From NCBI RefSeq assembly GCF_004010195.1, contig NC_057753.1, positions 1,687,930 through 1,751,929 of the forward strand: a DNA stretch of 64,000 bases, given 5' to 3'. Source of the stretch: Chiloscyllium plagiosum (Eukaryota). Positions 40,493 to 53,558 of this stretch are shown one piece after another. A program made the position numbers and the translations under genes. The notes below the pieces were generated by a model. That model was not told the DNA's origin and searched no databases. It saw only the letters and a program-made list of their open reading frames with translations. How positions within the stretch are numbered: the first letter of the stretch is position 1; every line of letters begins with the position of its first letter.

Positions 40493-42017
40493 TTAAAGAT
40501 TCTGCCCAGTTTACGACATTTCTCCGATTGGCTGTCACAGCGTATGAGTTTTCAGACAGTTTTGCTGGCTTTCAGTGATGCATTTGTCGGCCCTGGCATG
40601 CATTCGTGCTGTTTCATACCAGTTGTATTAATGGGATGAATTCTGTAAACATATTTGTTGATATTTGATCACTTTGATGACATATTGATGTAATCTGTAA
40701 CTCTCTGCCGTTTTGGATTCAAGTGTTGGCAGTCTATCTGAAGTCTGTTTAATTCTGATTGATTTCATCAGTTGCAAATTGAACATAAATATCTTTCCGA
40801 CAAAACAGAGCATTGCTCAAGTGGGAAACATCCATGTGTGCAGTACTTTAAGACATCTTAAAAAGGACACTTGAAGATCCCTGAACGGAGCCAGAAGCAA
40901 AGACTGCTGTGATCTTAACTACAATCTGGGCAATTGTGCATGATATCTTCATCCAGGTGACAGCTAATTTCAGGACAAAAGTTCAAGAGAGTCTTGAGGC
41001 GCCGTTGTCCAGAAAGCCGATTCTGCAGTCAGTGTATAATGTGATGGGGATATTGCCTTCGTTGTGTTTGAGCCTTTTGTTCACCTGTATCATTGGTGAG
41101 CAGTGATAGTGTTGACCTTACTGTCAGGACAGCTCAACTAGTTGCTAATCAGAAGTTTACACTGGATTTCATTATCCTCTAAGCAAGTCCTGTTAGCAAA
41201 ATCATCGTACTTCGTTCAATATTTGAAGCCCACTACCTCGGTTTGAATTTCACAGACACATCAACCCTGCACTATACATCCTTTAGTGACCTTGGAGAGT
41301 TTCAGAGAGCCCCTCACTCGTACAGTTCGACCCAGAGTGCAAGATTATGCATTCAGTTCAGTGCATTTTGGTGTCGTTATTCCAATCTACCTGCCCCACT
41401 GCGCTAGCAGGCCTTAAATGTGCATCAGTTAATGAGTTCATGTCAAAATATTGACGTGCTGCAATTTTTCCTTCTTTATCTCCCAGCACTTACAATTCTG
41501 CTGGCTAATATTACAACCTGCTGTGTCCACATTTTTGAATTTGTTATACCATCATTGCAAACTTCTAACGTTGGTGGAGTTCTTGAACCTTCATGTTGCA
41601 AAAAAAAACTACAAGTGGACTGAGAAATCAGAAGGCTTAACAGCATCTATGAAGGGAAAACAGTGTTGACAATTCAAGTAAATCGAACCTTCCTTATAAA
41701 TTAATTTTGCATCACCTACGTCTTCTGCTTTTTCCGCATATAACTTCATATTTTCTTAAACCTTGGCTTATTTGTTGGGCATAAATATTTCTACTGAACC
41801 AGAGAAGTAATGTTAAATAACAGAAAATGATTTGCGAATATGTTAGGAATGCATATTGCAATAGCAATGCAGAATCCCCAGACAGCTTCGCCTGGAGTCT
41901 GAACTTGTTTGTGACTCCAGGCATGCCACGACACTATAGCTGATTAAAACATGTCAATTTCACTACAGATAGCACAATATGAGATACTAACGTCTTATAA
42001 TTAAGAAAAGAACAGTT

Positions 42018-42280
42018 AGCATGGTTACCTTGCAGTGCTCAGGGCAAGGGTCCGATAATAATGTCATGTGACTTTCTTTGTGGAGTTTCCAGATTCCAGG
42101 ATGAGTTCCCGTTGGGTACTCTGGTTTCCTCCCATAATTCAAAACTGCACCGACTAGCAATTTGGGTGTTGGGGGAAGGGTGCAGAATTACCGAGATACT
42201 GCAGTTGGTCTGTTTGGTTTGCTCTTCAAAGAATCGGTGTGATCTCGAGGTGCGAATAGCCTGCTTCCACACTGTAGTAA
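42018..42280 (+). mobile_element. Highly degenerate V-SINE (paralogous relic at ~59200-59450)
   Basis: tgtggagttt..tactctggtttcctccca..gtgcgaatagcctgcttccacactgta. Confidence 0.6.
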
Positions 42281-43149
42281 TTCCAATGAACTGAGTGAGT
42301 ACTCTGATTGTGTGTTCATGAATTGTGATATTGCTAATGCTATTGTAAAGAAGAAATTTGGGGTCGTAAAAAGAATTGGATGGGAGGAAAAGAAATAGGA
42401 ATAAATAAACGATGAGTTCGGCTCACAGGAGTCATCGTCCAGCCTTAATAGATGTATACTGGGTTGATGGGTCGAAATTTGAGATTCTTTTTAGTCTTTC
42501 AATCCACCTTCAATATTGGCAGAATGACATTTGAATGAAGGGTTGAATGTGTTCCATCTCTGAAAGAGTAAACAAAACAATCATGAGCCAGTCACCCAAA
42601 TTCAGTCTTGGGGGTCAATCTCTAGAAAACATTTTCTGCAATGCAATTACTTTTCCCATAGAAAATCGTGAGATAACAAATGTCATTACATATTAGTAAA
42701 ATTAAAGCTCATTGGATTTACTAGGCCTGGCAGTCACAGTGTTCATACAAAATTGGGTATGGTACAGGAAACAGGATTTGGTAGCGAATGGATGTTCATC
42801 AGATTTAAGGGACGTAACCTAAAGGTATTCAGGTCACTGTTCTTTTCACATATATCAAAAACATAGGTATAATTTCAAACATTGCAGGTGACTCGTAAAT
42901 TATAAATGTAATACACTGTGAGAAAGAAAACAACAAACATCAGGAGGGCATAAATTGCAGAAAATAACAGATAGACAACACTTCTGAGAAGTGTGGAAAT
43001 GCAATTTTGGAGAAAAATTGGGAATAAGCAATTTAAAATAAATGGTACTACACATGTTTGCCTTGAGTTGTATTACCTTAACAAAACCGTGCAACATTTG
43101 AGAGAATTGAATCATTTTACTCTGTTGTCATGTTGCCACTGGGTCATGT

Positions 43150-43780
43150 TGAGAACAGAGATACCGAGGGGTTCAGGGACATAAATCCTTGAAATGTGCT
43201 CGGAGGGGGACGCAGTGTCTAATGAGGAGCTTAGAATGCTTGCCTACCTTGCTCATCGTCTGGCGTACTGTGTGCTTTCTGTCCTTCGTGTTATAGGAAG
43301 GATATTATTGAAATGGAGAACGTTCAGAGAAGATTAACCAGGATGTTACGGAGAATGACGCTTTGAGTTGCAAAAATAGGCTGGCTAAGCTCGGATTTTT
43401 TTTACTGGAGTGCGGGAGATTGAAGCATGACCTTACAGAGGATTAGAAAATCACGATGGCATAGATAAGGTGAGCAACAAAAGTCTTTAGCCTCATGTGG
43501 AAGACTTCAAAACTAGGAGGCATATTTTTAAGGTGAGAGTAGAAAGATTTACAAAGTCCATGAGAGGCTGTTTTTACACGGTGAGAGGTTAGTACATGGA
43601 AGGAATTGGATGGTGGAAGTTATGGATCTTGGTAAAGTTACATCGTTTAAAAGATACTTGACCAAGTTCGTGCACAGGAAAGGTTTGGAAGTGTTGGTCA
43701 GATGGGACGAATTTAGATAGGGAACATTTTCGCCTTCAACCTGCTTGGACTGAATGGGGTGTTTTCATTCTATATGACGC
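43150..43780 (+). mobile_element. Old CR1 3' fragment
   Basis: aggaaggatattattgaaatggagaacgttcagagaagattaaccaggatg; cttcaaaactaggaggcat. Confidence 0.7.
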
Positions 43781-46700
43781 AATGTCTGCATATGGCAAAA
43801 AGGAAAAGATCCAACATGTCTCGCACATATTCACATTTCCTTAACCATACTTCCATTTCGCAGAAGTGACATTAGCTTAGGCAAAATTTGTTCAATATGC
43901 ACACATTTTCAGACAGGAACAACAAGAGCTCTCACTCTGTGCTGCAGCACCGACAGAGCTTTAAGTTCTGCATGCCTTTGTGGAAATATATTATGAAAGA
44001 ACGAATTTAGAATGTTTATAACATTTTCCGTGGAAGAATCTTTTAGATTCCTCTGCTACTCTGTAATAATAATCTCAATGAACTAGACGGGAAAGAATCT
44101 GGTTTCTGAGTCACCTTCATGTCTCTTGTTGCTGACTTAAAGAGAAGCAGGGTGCTTTACCAGAGAGCATATGCATCACTTACTTCGACTCCCTGCTGAG
44201 TCTTTTCTTCTCCACTGTTATAGACAGAAAAAGAAAGTTGCAAATGGATTTGATAGCTTCTCTGTAATTTTCTCAATTGCAGATAAAATATTACTTGACC
44301 TTGTCGTTTGAAGCGCACTGCTATGTTATTGTCTGTATGAGAGACCAAGACTTTCGATTGAACATCTATTCAATCCTATTGTTGACTGGATGAACTGGTG
44401 ACTATCTCAGCCACTTTAAAGCATGAAAGCGTTGTAATTGAAGTTGAAAAATGTTACATTTCGAATCATTGCTTAAAGCAAGCAACTAAATTTGGAAAAA
44501 TAATGTAGAGTTCGCGCTTTTTTCTAGTGACCTTTAACCGAACGTATGTTTTCATGACACATGAAACTAATTGTTCACCAAATCTGCAAATGTATTCAGC
44601 TTATCATCTTTGCTTTGGCTTTTGAGATCTAGTGGAGAATTGATTTTGGGGGTGGGGATTCCCAATTACCGAATTAAATGGTGGAGCAAGATCGAAAGTC
44701 TTAGAGTTGAATTGCTGCCCCGAGACTAATGTTATATTGCAGCAGCAAAGCATGAGGCAACCGTTATTTATTAGATTTAATGTATTAATTCACGGTATGG
44801 TGATGTCACAGGCTCAGTCAGGTTTTATTGCCAATTTAAGAGATAATGCTATATATCTGGATTCACGTTCTGTACAGATCAGGTAAAGAGAGCAGTTAAC
44901 TTACCTCAAGGTCATTACTGAACCGACAAACTCTTCATAGTTATCTTATACACTTAATTCCAGATTTGCTATGAAATCAGCATACCACCTACCGCAATGA
45001 CGGGATTTGAACTAGGGGCCCCAGAACATGATCTTATTCTCTGTAAATTGTAATACCAATTTAGAACGTTTTCCCCACAGACTGATGTGATGAGGTGTCT
45101 CAGAGGTTAAGGCGATCGAATGCAAATCTTGTTTGTTATTCACTGGTTGGCTCATTATCACACTCTCGTTGCCATTTCAGGGAGTATATAACTCTATGTT
45201 CTTTCGTTCTGCTTGCCTACCTTTTGTCAGGGCTCGAAGATTCTAATTGTCAATGGATACTGCTAATAATATTACTAATGCAATTATAAATGAGAAGTTT
45301 GTGATGGTAAAAAGAATTGGATGGGAGGAAAACTATTATGAATAAATAAACGATAGGTACAATTCACAGTCGTCATCATCCAGCCAGAATGGATGCATAC
45401 TGGATCGATGGATGGAAATGTGAGTTTCTTGTAGCAATTATTCAATCCTCGTTCAACACTGGCAGAGTGACAGATGAATGAAAGGTTGGATGTATTCCAA
45501 ATCTGAAAATAAATTAAAATAATAGACCAAGCAATCATGAGCCAATCACCCAAATTCAGTTTTCGGGGGCAATATATCGAAAACATAATCTGTGATAGAA
45601 TTAATTTGCAGTTATAAAATCATGAGATAATAAATGCCATTGCGTATTAGTAGAATTAAAGCTCATTGTATTAACACGCCCTGGCAGTCAGAGTGCTGAT
45701 ACAAAATTGGATGTGGTACAGAAAACAGAAAAATAAGTGACTAGTTGATCGAAAAATAGAAAGAGAAAACATCAGTGAAGAGATTTCAACGTTAACGTTT
45801 CGAGTTCGCTGACCCTTCTTAAGAACTGGTGGCAGTTAGGAAAATATTAGTTTATATGCAGAGAGGTGGAACAAGTAAGGAGAAATCAATAGGTAAAGAT
45901 AGAGGCTAAAGAGAGAGAACAGTTCGACAGAGCAAACACCTCGTCAAATACCAGGAGCGAAAGTGAAATTAACATCAGTGGACATGAAAAAAGGATTGGA
46001 ACGGAAATCCCGTCGGAGAGAGGAGCAGCATTTGTTCAAAGTGTCGAGAAGAGATGCAACGGTGAATTAAAAATACAGTCAAAGAGTAGTAGAGTCCTCC
46101 AGCACGGAGACAGGTCCTTTGGCACAAACTGGTCCATGATGACCAAAATGTCCATCGATGCAAATCCCATTTTCCTACATTTGACCCTACTTTCTAACCA
46201 ATTCCTATCAATAGATTTGCACAAATGCCTTTGAAATATTATTAGTGTACCTGCCTCAGTCGCTAAACTGGCAGCTAATTTCATATGCATACCACACTCT
46301 GTGTAAAAACGTTGCTCCTCAGGTTCCCTTTTATTCTTTCTGCTCTAAACTTAATCTGATGCCCTCTAGTCCTCGATTCTCCAATCCTGAGAAGATGTGA
46401 GAGTGCATTCACCCTATCCATACCTCTCATGATCTTATTCAACTCGGTAAGGATCCTTCTGAGTCTCTTACACTTTAAAGAAAAATTAATAGCTTGTCCA
46501 ACCTCTCCATATTACTCAGACCATTGGGTCCAGGCATCCTCATTGTAAATTCCTGTTGCCCTCTTTCCAGTTTCATCAAACCTTTCCTCTAGCAAGGTGA
46601 CCAACAGTGAACACAATGTTCCAAGTGCAGCCTCAACAACGTCCTGTATAACTGCAACAAAACTTTCCAAATACTGTACTCAATGCCGTGTCTGATGAAG

Positions 46701-47092
46701 GCCAGTGTGCCAAAAGCCTTCTTCACTGCCCTGACTGCCTGTGACTCCACTTTCAGAGAACTGTAAACCTGAACTCCAAGATCCCACTGTTCCAATATAA
46801 TCCGTAATGCCCTGCCTTTCACAATGAAACTCCTACCTTGATTTGACTTCCAAAGTGAAGACCTGAAACTTACATACAATAAACTCCATTTGCTATTTCA
46901 TAGCAGACTTCCCCAGCTGATTAAGGTCCTGCCAGAATTTGTGAAAAAATTACAAACTTTCCACGGTACTGCCTATTTTAGTGCCATACCAAACATATTA
47001 ATTATGCCTTGTGCATGCTCATCCAAATCATTTATACAGATGACACACAACAATGGGACCAGGGGCCTTTGAGGCACTCCATGTCACAGGCC

Positions 47093-47510
47093 ATCTCTCC
47101 ACCCAGGAGGCTTCCTGCCTTCATTCTTGATGAAGGGCTTATGCCCGAAATGTCGATTTTCCTGCTCCTCGGATGCTGCCTGGCCTGCTGTGCTTTTCCA
47201 GCACCAATCTAATCTAGACTCTGATTTCCAGCATCTGCAGTCCTCACTTTTGCCTAGTTGATTTTAACCTTACTGCGAACCCTCCTGCCTGGATGCCTAC
47301 CTTGAAGAAGTGCTCCTCCTCCCTCCACAAGAATCTCAGTGAGTCTAATCTTTGCTACCTTCTCGCCAGCCCCACCCCTTCCCAATTATCTCTCCATCCT
47401 GGACGCTCCCTGCCTTCATTCCTGATTAGGGCTTTTGCCTGAAACGTCGATTTTCCTGCTCCTCGGATGCTGCCTTACCTACTGTGCTTTTCCAGCACTA
47501 CTCTAACGTA
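47093..47510 (+). mobile_element. Non-coding Penelope-derived element with two direct terminal repeats, each holding a hammerhead-like motif
   Basis: A ~110-bp direct repeat at ~47093-47210 and ~47389-47506; TSD GTCACAGGCC (47083-47092) / GTTACAGGCC (47511-47520). Confidence 0.78.
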
Positions 47511-47651
47511 GTTACAGGCCTTCAGCCTGACAAGAATTCTTCCACCACTGCACTCTGTTTCCAGCGTCAAGCAAATTTTGGATACAGTTTGTCACCTCGC
47601 CCTACATTCCATGCGATCTAACCTTTCAGAGTAGCCTACCAATTGGAACCT

Positions 47652-47952
47652 GATTACATTACATTACATTACAGTGTGGAAACAAGCCCTTCGGCCCAAC
47701 AAGTCCACACCGACCCGCCGAAGAGCAACTCACCCATACCCCTACATTTACCCCTTACCTAACACTACGGGCAATTTAGCATGGCCAATTCACCTGATCT
47801 GCACATCTTTTGGACTTGAGGAAACCGGAGCACCCGGAGGAAACGGGGAGAACGTGCAAACTTCACACAGTCAGTCGCCTGAGGCGGGAATTGAACCCGG
47901 GTCTCTGGCGCTGTGAGGCAGCAATGCTAACCACTGTGCCACCGTGCCGCCC
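47652..47952 (-). mobile_element. Young HE1-type V-SINE
   Basis: Near reverse complement of 237-551 with an (ATTAC)n tail; splits the CR1 sequence ggaacct|tatcaaatgcc. Confidence 0.92.
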
Positions 47953-50900
47953 CTTATCAAATGCCTTACTGAAATCCATATAGACTACTTAAACTGCCCT
48001 GCCCTCGTCAACATTCCTGGTCATTTCATCAAAGAACATTAACAAATTTGTGAGACATGATCTCCCACTCACAAAGCCATGCTGACTATTCCCAATCAAA
48101 TCCTAACTTTCCAATTCATGCATATCTTATCCCCCAGAATCTGCTCAAGTAACTTACCCAACGCAAATGTTAAACTTGCTGGTCTATTGTTCCCAGGCTC
48201 TGCGTTGCAGCCTTTCTTGAATAATGGCACGAAATGTGCTCTCCACCAGTCGTCCAGGATCTCACCCATGGCTACCGATGATGCAAAAGTATCCGCCAAG
48301 GCCCCCTGCAATTTATTGTCTAGCATCTTGCAGTGTTCTTGGATATATCTGTTCGAGACGAGGAGATTTATCCAAATTCATTCATTCTAATACACCCAAC
48401 ACCTCCTCTACTGTGATATGGACTGTACCCAAGACATCAGCAAGATATCCCCAAGTTCACAAGTCTTCACGCCTTTCTCCATATTAAACACAGAGGAGAA
48501 GTATTCATTCAGAGCCATGTCAAGTTTAACAACATCTTTTCTTTAGCAGGAAGAATTTGACACAGTATTCCAAAAATGGCTGAACCAATCTTGCTGAATC
48601 ACTGAGCAGACTCAAAGAACTGAATTGAATATTCCAGATTCTTATTGGTATGTTATATGCATTGGCATACTGAGACGATCCACTCTGGCATACGCATAAG
48701 CAAGTTTATATAAAGGGTTAGACTTTTTAAGGGAGGCCTTTGATCAATGCTTGGAAAACATTAACAAATGGTTCCTTATGAGGAACTCAGGGCCAAGAAG
48801 AGAGCCAGAGAATAAGTGGGAAAAGTGACTGATTTTATCTTATTTCAGAGAGGGGGAGAAATGAAGAATGAAGCATGGCGAGAACTGGAGAAAAGTGGAG
48901 GTGAATGGGAAGGATGCAGTGACACTGGTTTTGTCAGTCCAAATAAATCCTCCCCGATCCTGTGTTTGCAGTTCCGGTATTTTTTCCATGGGGTAATTCC
49001 AGGTACTTTGGAACGATCTTTACTCCAAAGGGATCACAATGCATGCCGCATCGTCTCAGTTTTTGATCTAATTCTTGTTATCCCTATCGTAATTCACAAA
49101 AAGGAAACATTTTCAAGCTTTTGGGAATGTTGCCATGGTGCCTTGTTCATCGATGTCAAAGTCGTTAATGTATGTCAGGAAAACCTATGAACCACAGTGG
49201 AACTCCTGAAGTAAACCTCCTCTAAACCAAAAGATAACTGTTATTGACGACTATTTCATGTTAATCAGAGATTTCAAACATTTTATGTCAATGTTGCTCC
49301 TGTCACTTCTATTTCATTAACTTCAGTGATTTTTCCACCAGATAGTTATAAAGCAATTTATTTAATAATTTTCTCCATGTTCATTACATCAATTATATAA
49401 CTGTCATTAACACTGTGTTACGTTAACAAATCATGACACAGAAAATCTTGGGAGATAAATTAGTCTCAAAACATGTGTGCAAGCTTCCCTGAATGAATGA
49501 ACATATATACGAGTAGCTGTTAACTATTTAACAAATTACCTTGTCGAAAACGTTTCCTTCTACCAAAGCTAAACTAACCCAACTCTGGTGCTACCTTTAA
49601 CCTTGCATTGATGTTCAGTGAAGATTTAATAGTATTCGCCAGGAACTGTGATGTAAATGAGTGAAGTGATTAAATTCTAATTGCAGTTGAATGACAAATG
49701 ATAAAGAACTGGATAATTAATCAAAATTCACGGGATATAAACTACCAATCACAAATGGGGATTTTTAAATGAATGACAAAGGAAGTTCCTTTGGCATTAT
49801 TGAATAGTAAAACAGCGTGGATATCTATAATTTGGAATAGGAGGAGAAAATGGTGGAAACGCCTAAAGGCGTTGACAGATTCAGAAGACACAGAAATTGT
49901 TTCACATTTCACGGCTCTGAGCTAGTGAGGGGGTTCAGGGAGTGGATGGAGGGCGGAGGTAGGATGATGAACAAAATTAAATTTCGGTGAAAATTGTGAA
50001 AAAAGTGAAATCATTCAAAACACAGAATATGTGTCGGCATGAGATGTGAATCGAAGCCATGAATGTAATGAAAATCATACAGGAGCAAAGAAAAGGAATT
50101 CATAGACAAAAACACCATATGAAATGGAACAGAAATTAAATAAAATAAAGTTGAACTTTGACACCTCAAGCCTGAATATAGCCTCCTGTTACGGCCAGTT
50201 CAGATGAAAGGTCACAGATGTGCTAACGTTACCTATTCCCTCTCCAGTAGTAGTGTTTAGATGAGGAGAAAACGTCACCCCTTCCCCTCCCTGCCACCCC
50301 AGAGACTTATTGGACTGTCTCACATCTGCACAGCGCTGTTTGAAGTATCAGGCGACTGCGACCTGGTAGGTTGCAAATTCCTCCTCCTCTAGTACTGGAT
50401 GACAGATAAATCAGTGTGATATGTGACTTGAAAGTTCTGGCATTCACATCCACCTGCAATATTTGTTATTCTATATGGTGGGGGTGAGCACTCTTTCCAG
50501 TTCTGGTCCAGTAACAGACATATGAGACCCTTCATTGCTGCCTGTCTGACCTCTCCATCTCTTTATGTTGCTCGCAAGTGCTGACTGGTTCCCGTCCCTG
50601 AAGGACATCAGTGAACTCGTTTGGTTAATAATGGCAATCCAGCAGTTTACATGATAATTTTGTTCCACTCAGTGCCAGCTCAACACATGACCAGATTCAT
50701 TCCCTCGATTTCACAACTAGTCTGCGGTTTTGTGGATTGTCTAACACTGTTTAGTTTAGTTTTTTGTAATAAACCATTTTTGCAGGAAATTAAAAGGGTG
50801 GATTTGCAATTTGAGGAGACTCAATATAAATTTGGCGGCACAGCAGAATTACGAGCATGCACTCTGTTCCATGCAGGAAGACGTTGGACTGAATTTAAGG

Positions 50901-51000
50901 AACCAGTACAGAACCAGCATGGCCTGCAAAATAACAGGTGTATTGAAAAATAATACAGCCTCCTTCATGATATTTAGCATCATTGAGAAATTTGCGAATC

Positions 51001-51080
51001 GCCATTATGTCCTGTTTTATACAATTCTTATATCTCAGCTGCCATTATGTCCTGTTTTATACAATTCTTATATCTCAGCT
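51001..51080. repeat. Perfect 40-bp tandem duplication
   Basis: gccattatgtcctgttttatacaattcttatatctcagct occurs twice; single copy at the paralogous sites. Confidence 0.95.
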
Positions 51081-52195
51081 CATCATAATGTTCTGAAGTG
51101 AGAATAATTAAATCTTGAGATGGTGATTCCGGAGATACCTTCGTTTTCACCACATTATCCTTCTCGCAACATTTCTTGTCCTTTTAATTACATGTGTTTT
51201 TACAAACAAGAACTGGTGTCTCTTGAGGAAATACAGATGGCGCCACAGAATGTAAAGCAAGAGAATTGAACAGCACAGCTGCATCAACATGAACATAAAA
51301 AAATGGATCGACTATCCTGTTGAACACAAATTGCATTTTACTGTGATTTATGTGATTTTCATATGATCACGATTTAAATCTTCTAAACACTAGCATCAGC
51401 GAAATTTCACTAATTTCTTTAACTGCTTTCTGAATTTACCCCGCGTCTCTGCATAAATAAATGGGCTGTTACAGGATATCAAAAGCTGAAGCATATACCC
51501 ACTTTCGTCAAGAATAAAGTTTGATTCATTGTAATTTGAACCGGAGAAGTAACTGACATTCGCAATTTGAACATAGAGGAAAATCAGGAGAACTAATAAA
51601 TATGACAGGAGGAAAGTTCCCGAGATGGCGAAGAGTAAAACAATGGACTTTCTCCGTTTTTCCATCTCCGGGTCACTCTGTTCCTTTCCATTGCTGCGGC
51701 TCCAGAGTCTCCTCCGGGCTAAACTGGCCAATAGAATGTGCCTGACAGTGAGGACATTGAGCAGCAAAATCAGAATGAATGGAATACATGGGTTGAAAAT
51801 TGCGATTATCCAATCAAATACAACCCAAAAGGGTGAGGTATAATATATTGATTTTAGGCTGCAATACCAAGGTACATTGTTAGTAATAAACAATGGTTCA
51901 TATGCAAGGTAAAAAGTGATGTTTCTGATAGAGCTCAGAGTGCAGACGGTCGCTATAATCACAGCTGCTACTTACTCAGGGCAATATTTCATTTTCATTT
52001 TTGGACAACAAATGTCAGTGAATCGATCAAAGGTGGAAGTGACAGTTACCCAGACAGATGAATCTCTGATTACTTGAATAAACATAAGTCTGCCACTGAA
52101 GACTGGGGTGAGGAATAGGAATGTCATTTGGAAATAAATGCTCACAATCGGGTTTAATATCACAGCTGTGATAATGACCAGGACATCCGTTACAG

Positions 52196-52406
52196 GAGAA
52201 AGTGAGGACTGCAGATGCTGGAGATCGGAGCTGAAAATGTGTTGCTGGAAAAGCGCAGCAGGTCAGGCAGCATCCAAGGAACAGGATAATCGACGTTTCG
52301 GGCATAAGCCTTTCTTCAGGAAGAAGAAGGGCTTATGCCCGAAACGTCGATACTCCTGTTCCTTGGATGCTGCCTGACCTGCTGCGCTTTCCCAGCAACA
52401 CATTTT
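52196..52406. mobile_element. Palindromic Penelope-derived insertion in TM2 of GPCR copy 3
   Basis: Inverted arms ~52231-52317 and ~52324-52409; 17-bp direct repeat CAGGACATCCGTTACAG at 52179-52195 and 52407-52423. Confidence 0.88.
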
Positions 52407-53094
52407 CAGGACATCCGTTACAGCCATGGCTACCAGATATCATACCAGATAACCAGGCTACAGAATAGCAATCAGCAAAAGGTTGGCTTTGCAAAAACGG
52501 TATATGAGAGTGAATACATGATATCAACAAATGTAGTTGTAGCCAAAGAAAGACAAATAACAGACATCTGGTAATGTTCAACTCACTGGAAGCAATGTCA
52601 AAGAGAGAAAAGTGTTCAAATTTTGCCTAATAATAATTGTATCCACCTGTATAAAAAAGACTCTAATTGACAGTCAACTCTCACTGTCAGATCATACTGG
52701 CAACAGAGAGATGTCATCATTTTTATATTGACGTTGTTTCTTTCTGATTCGGTTGCAGGAAGTTCAGCCTAAACTGCTCTCGTGTGACTGGTATAGCAGA
52801 ACAGCAATCATAATCAGCCTGAGATATTGGTAAATTGAAGAAGTAGTGTCCAAAAAGCAGCAGAAGACATTTGATATAAAGAAACAAAGATTTTCGCACT
52901 GAAGCATATATCCATGAAGTGATCGCTTAAAGAGCAAATAAAACTCACTTCTAACGTGAAAGAGATCTGGCAATGCACTTAATAATGATTTGTTCATTGA
53001 AAACATTTTGTTGGTGAAATTGAAACTAATGTCCTTAAAAAGGCGAGGCATTCTAATAACGCTGGTAAAGTAAGCGTACTCTTACTGGACAACA

Positions 53095-53260
53095 GGACGT
53101 CTCTCTTGTTAGACAGAGACCACTCATAACGGTTTAACGTGAAGGTTACTTTGCCTCAGGCGAGCAGAGAGGTTGAGAAAGAGAGTCCTTCATGGTAACC
53201 TCATCCAGTGCACGATTTGAAACAAAAACTTGCCATCCAGCCAACTGAGCTAACTGACTT
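53095..53260 (-). mobile_element. Old tRNA-derived SINE in the GPCR intron (paralogue at ~34290-34450)
   Basis: Minus strand TAGCTCAGTTGG A box and body ctcgcctgaggc..accttcacgttaaacc, possibly MetaSINE-type; same intronic position in copy 2. Confidence 0.6.
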
Positions 53261-53552
53261 CCTCAACACCTTTGAATTTGACCAAATTGCTGGAATGAAT
53301 ACTAGAGAAAATCATTATGAATTCATATGGACTATACTATTGATAACTGAGTGAAGGTGTATACTGAGGTGACGAAATTAGAGAATCACTTAAAAATACT
53401 TTCCATGTAATAATTGACAGATGTCCTTTACCTGGAACCCCAGTAGTTGCTAGGATTGGATAATAAGTAGCAAACAAGTGCCCTTTTGGTATTCCATGCA
53501 TTTCTGTCTGAATCTGCATTTCCATTTGGTATCACTGTAGATGATAACCACA

Positions 53553-53558
53553 TTTATA
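53553..53558 (-). promoter_or_regulatory. Candidate TATA box (TATAAA) 52 bp upstream of the ATG of copy 3
   Basis: caggTATAAAtgtg on the minus strand. Same motif and spacing in copy 4 (62547-62552); TACAAA at the same position in copy 2 (34760-34765). Confidence 0.55.

Larger units (their letters stand above)
46075..48520 (-). mobile_element. CR1 LINE 3' half, interrupted by a Penelope-derived element and a SINE
   Basis: VPLFKKG..PGNNRPASLT; DLGVQVYSSLKV..HLEHCVHCWSP. Confidence 0.85.
51396..53501 (-). pseudogene. GPR139/142-like pseudogene (copy 3); exon 1 53501-53432, exon 2 from 52486
   Basis: Exon 1 MHGIPKGHLFATYYPILATTGVP is intact. Exon 2 begins ANLLLIAIL*PGYLV*YLVAMAVTDVL, has an insertion at 52196-52406, an in-frame TAA at 51974-51972, TM3 Cys->Phe (PVFS vs PICS) and NPFIY->SPFIY. 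Confidence 0.92.

Noticed and set aside
52027..52581. Near-identical MPETSI… ORFs on opposite strands
   Set aside because: Product of the palindromic insertion, not protein-coding genes.
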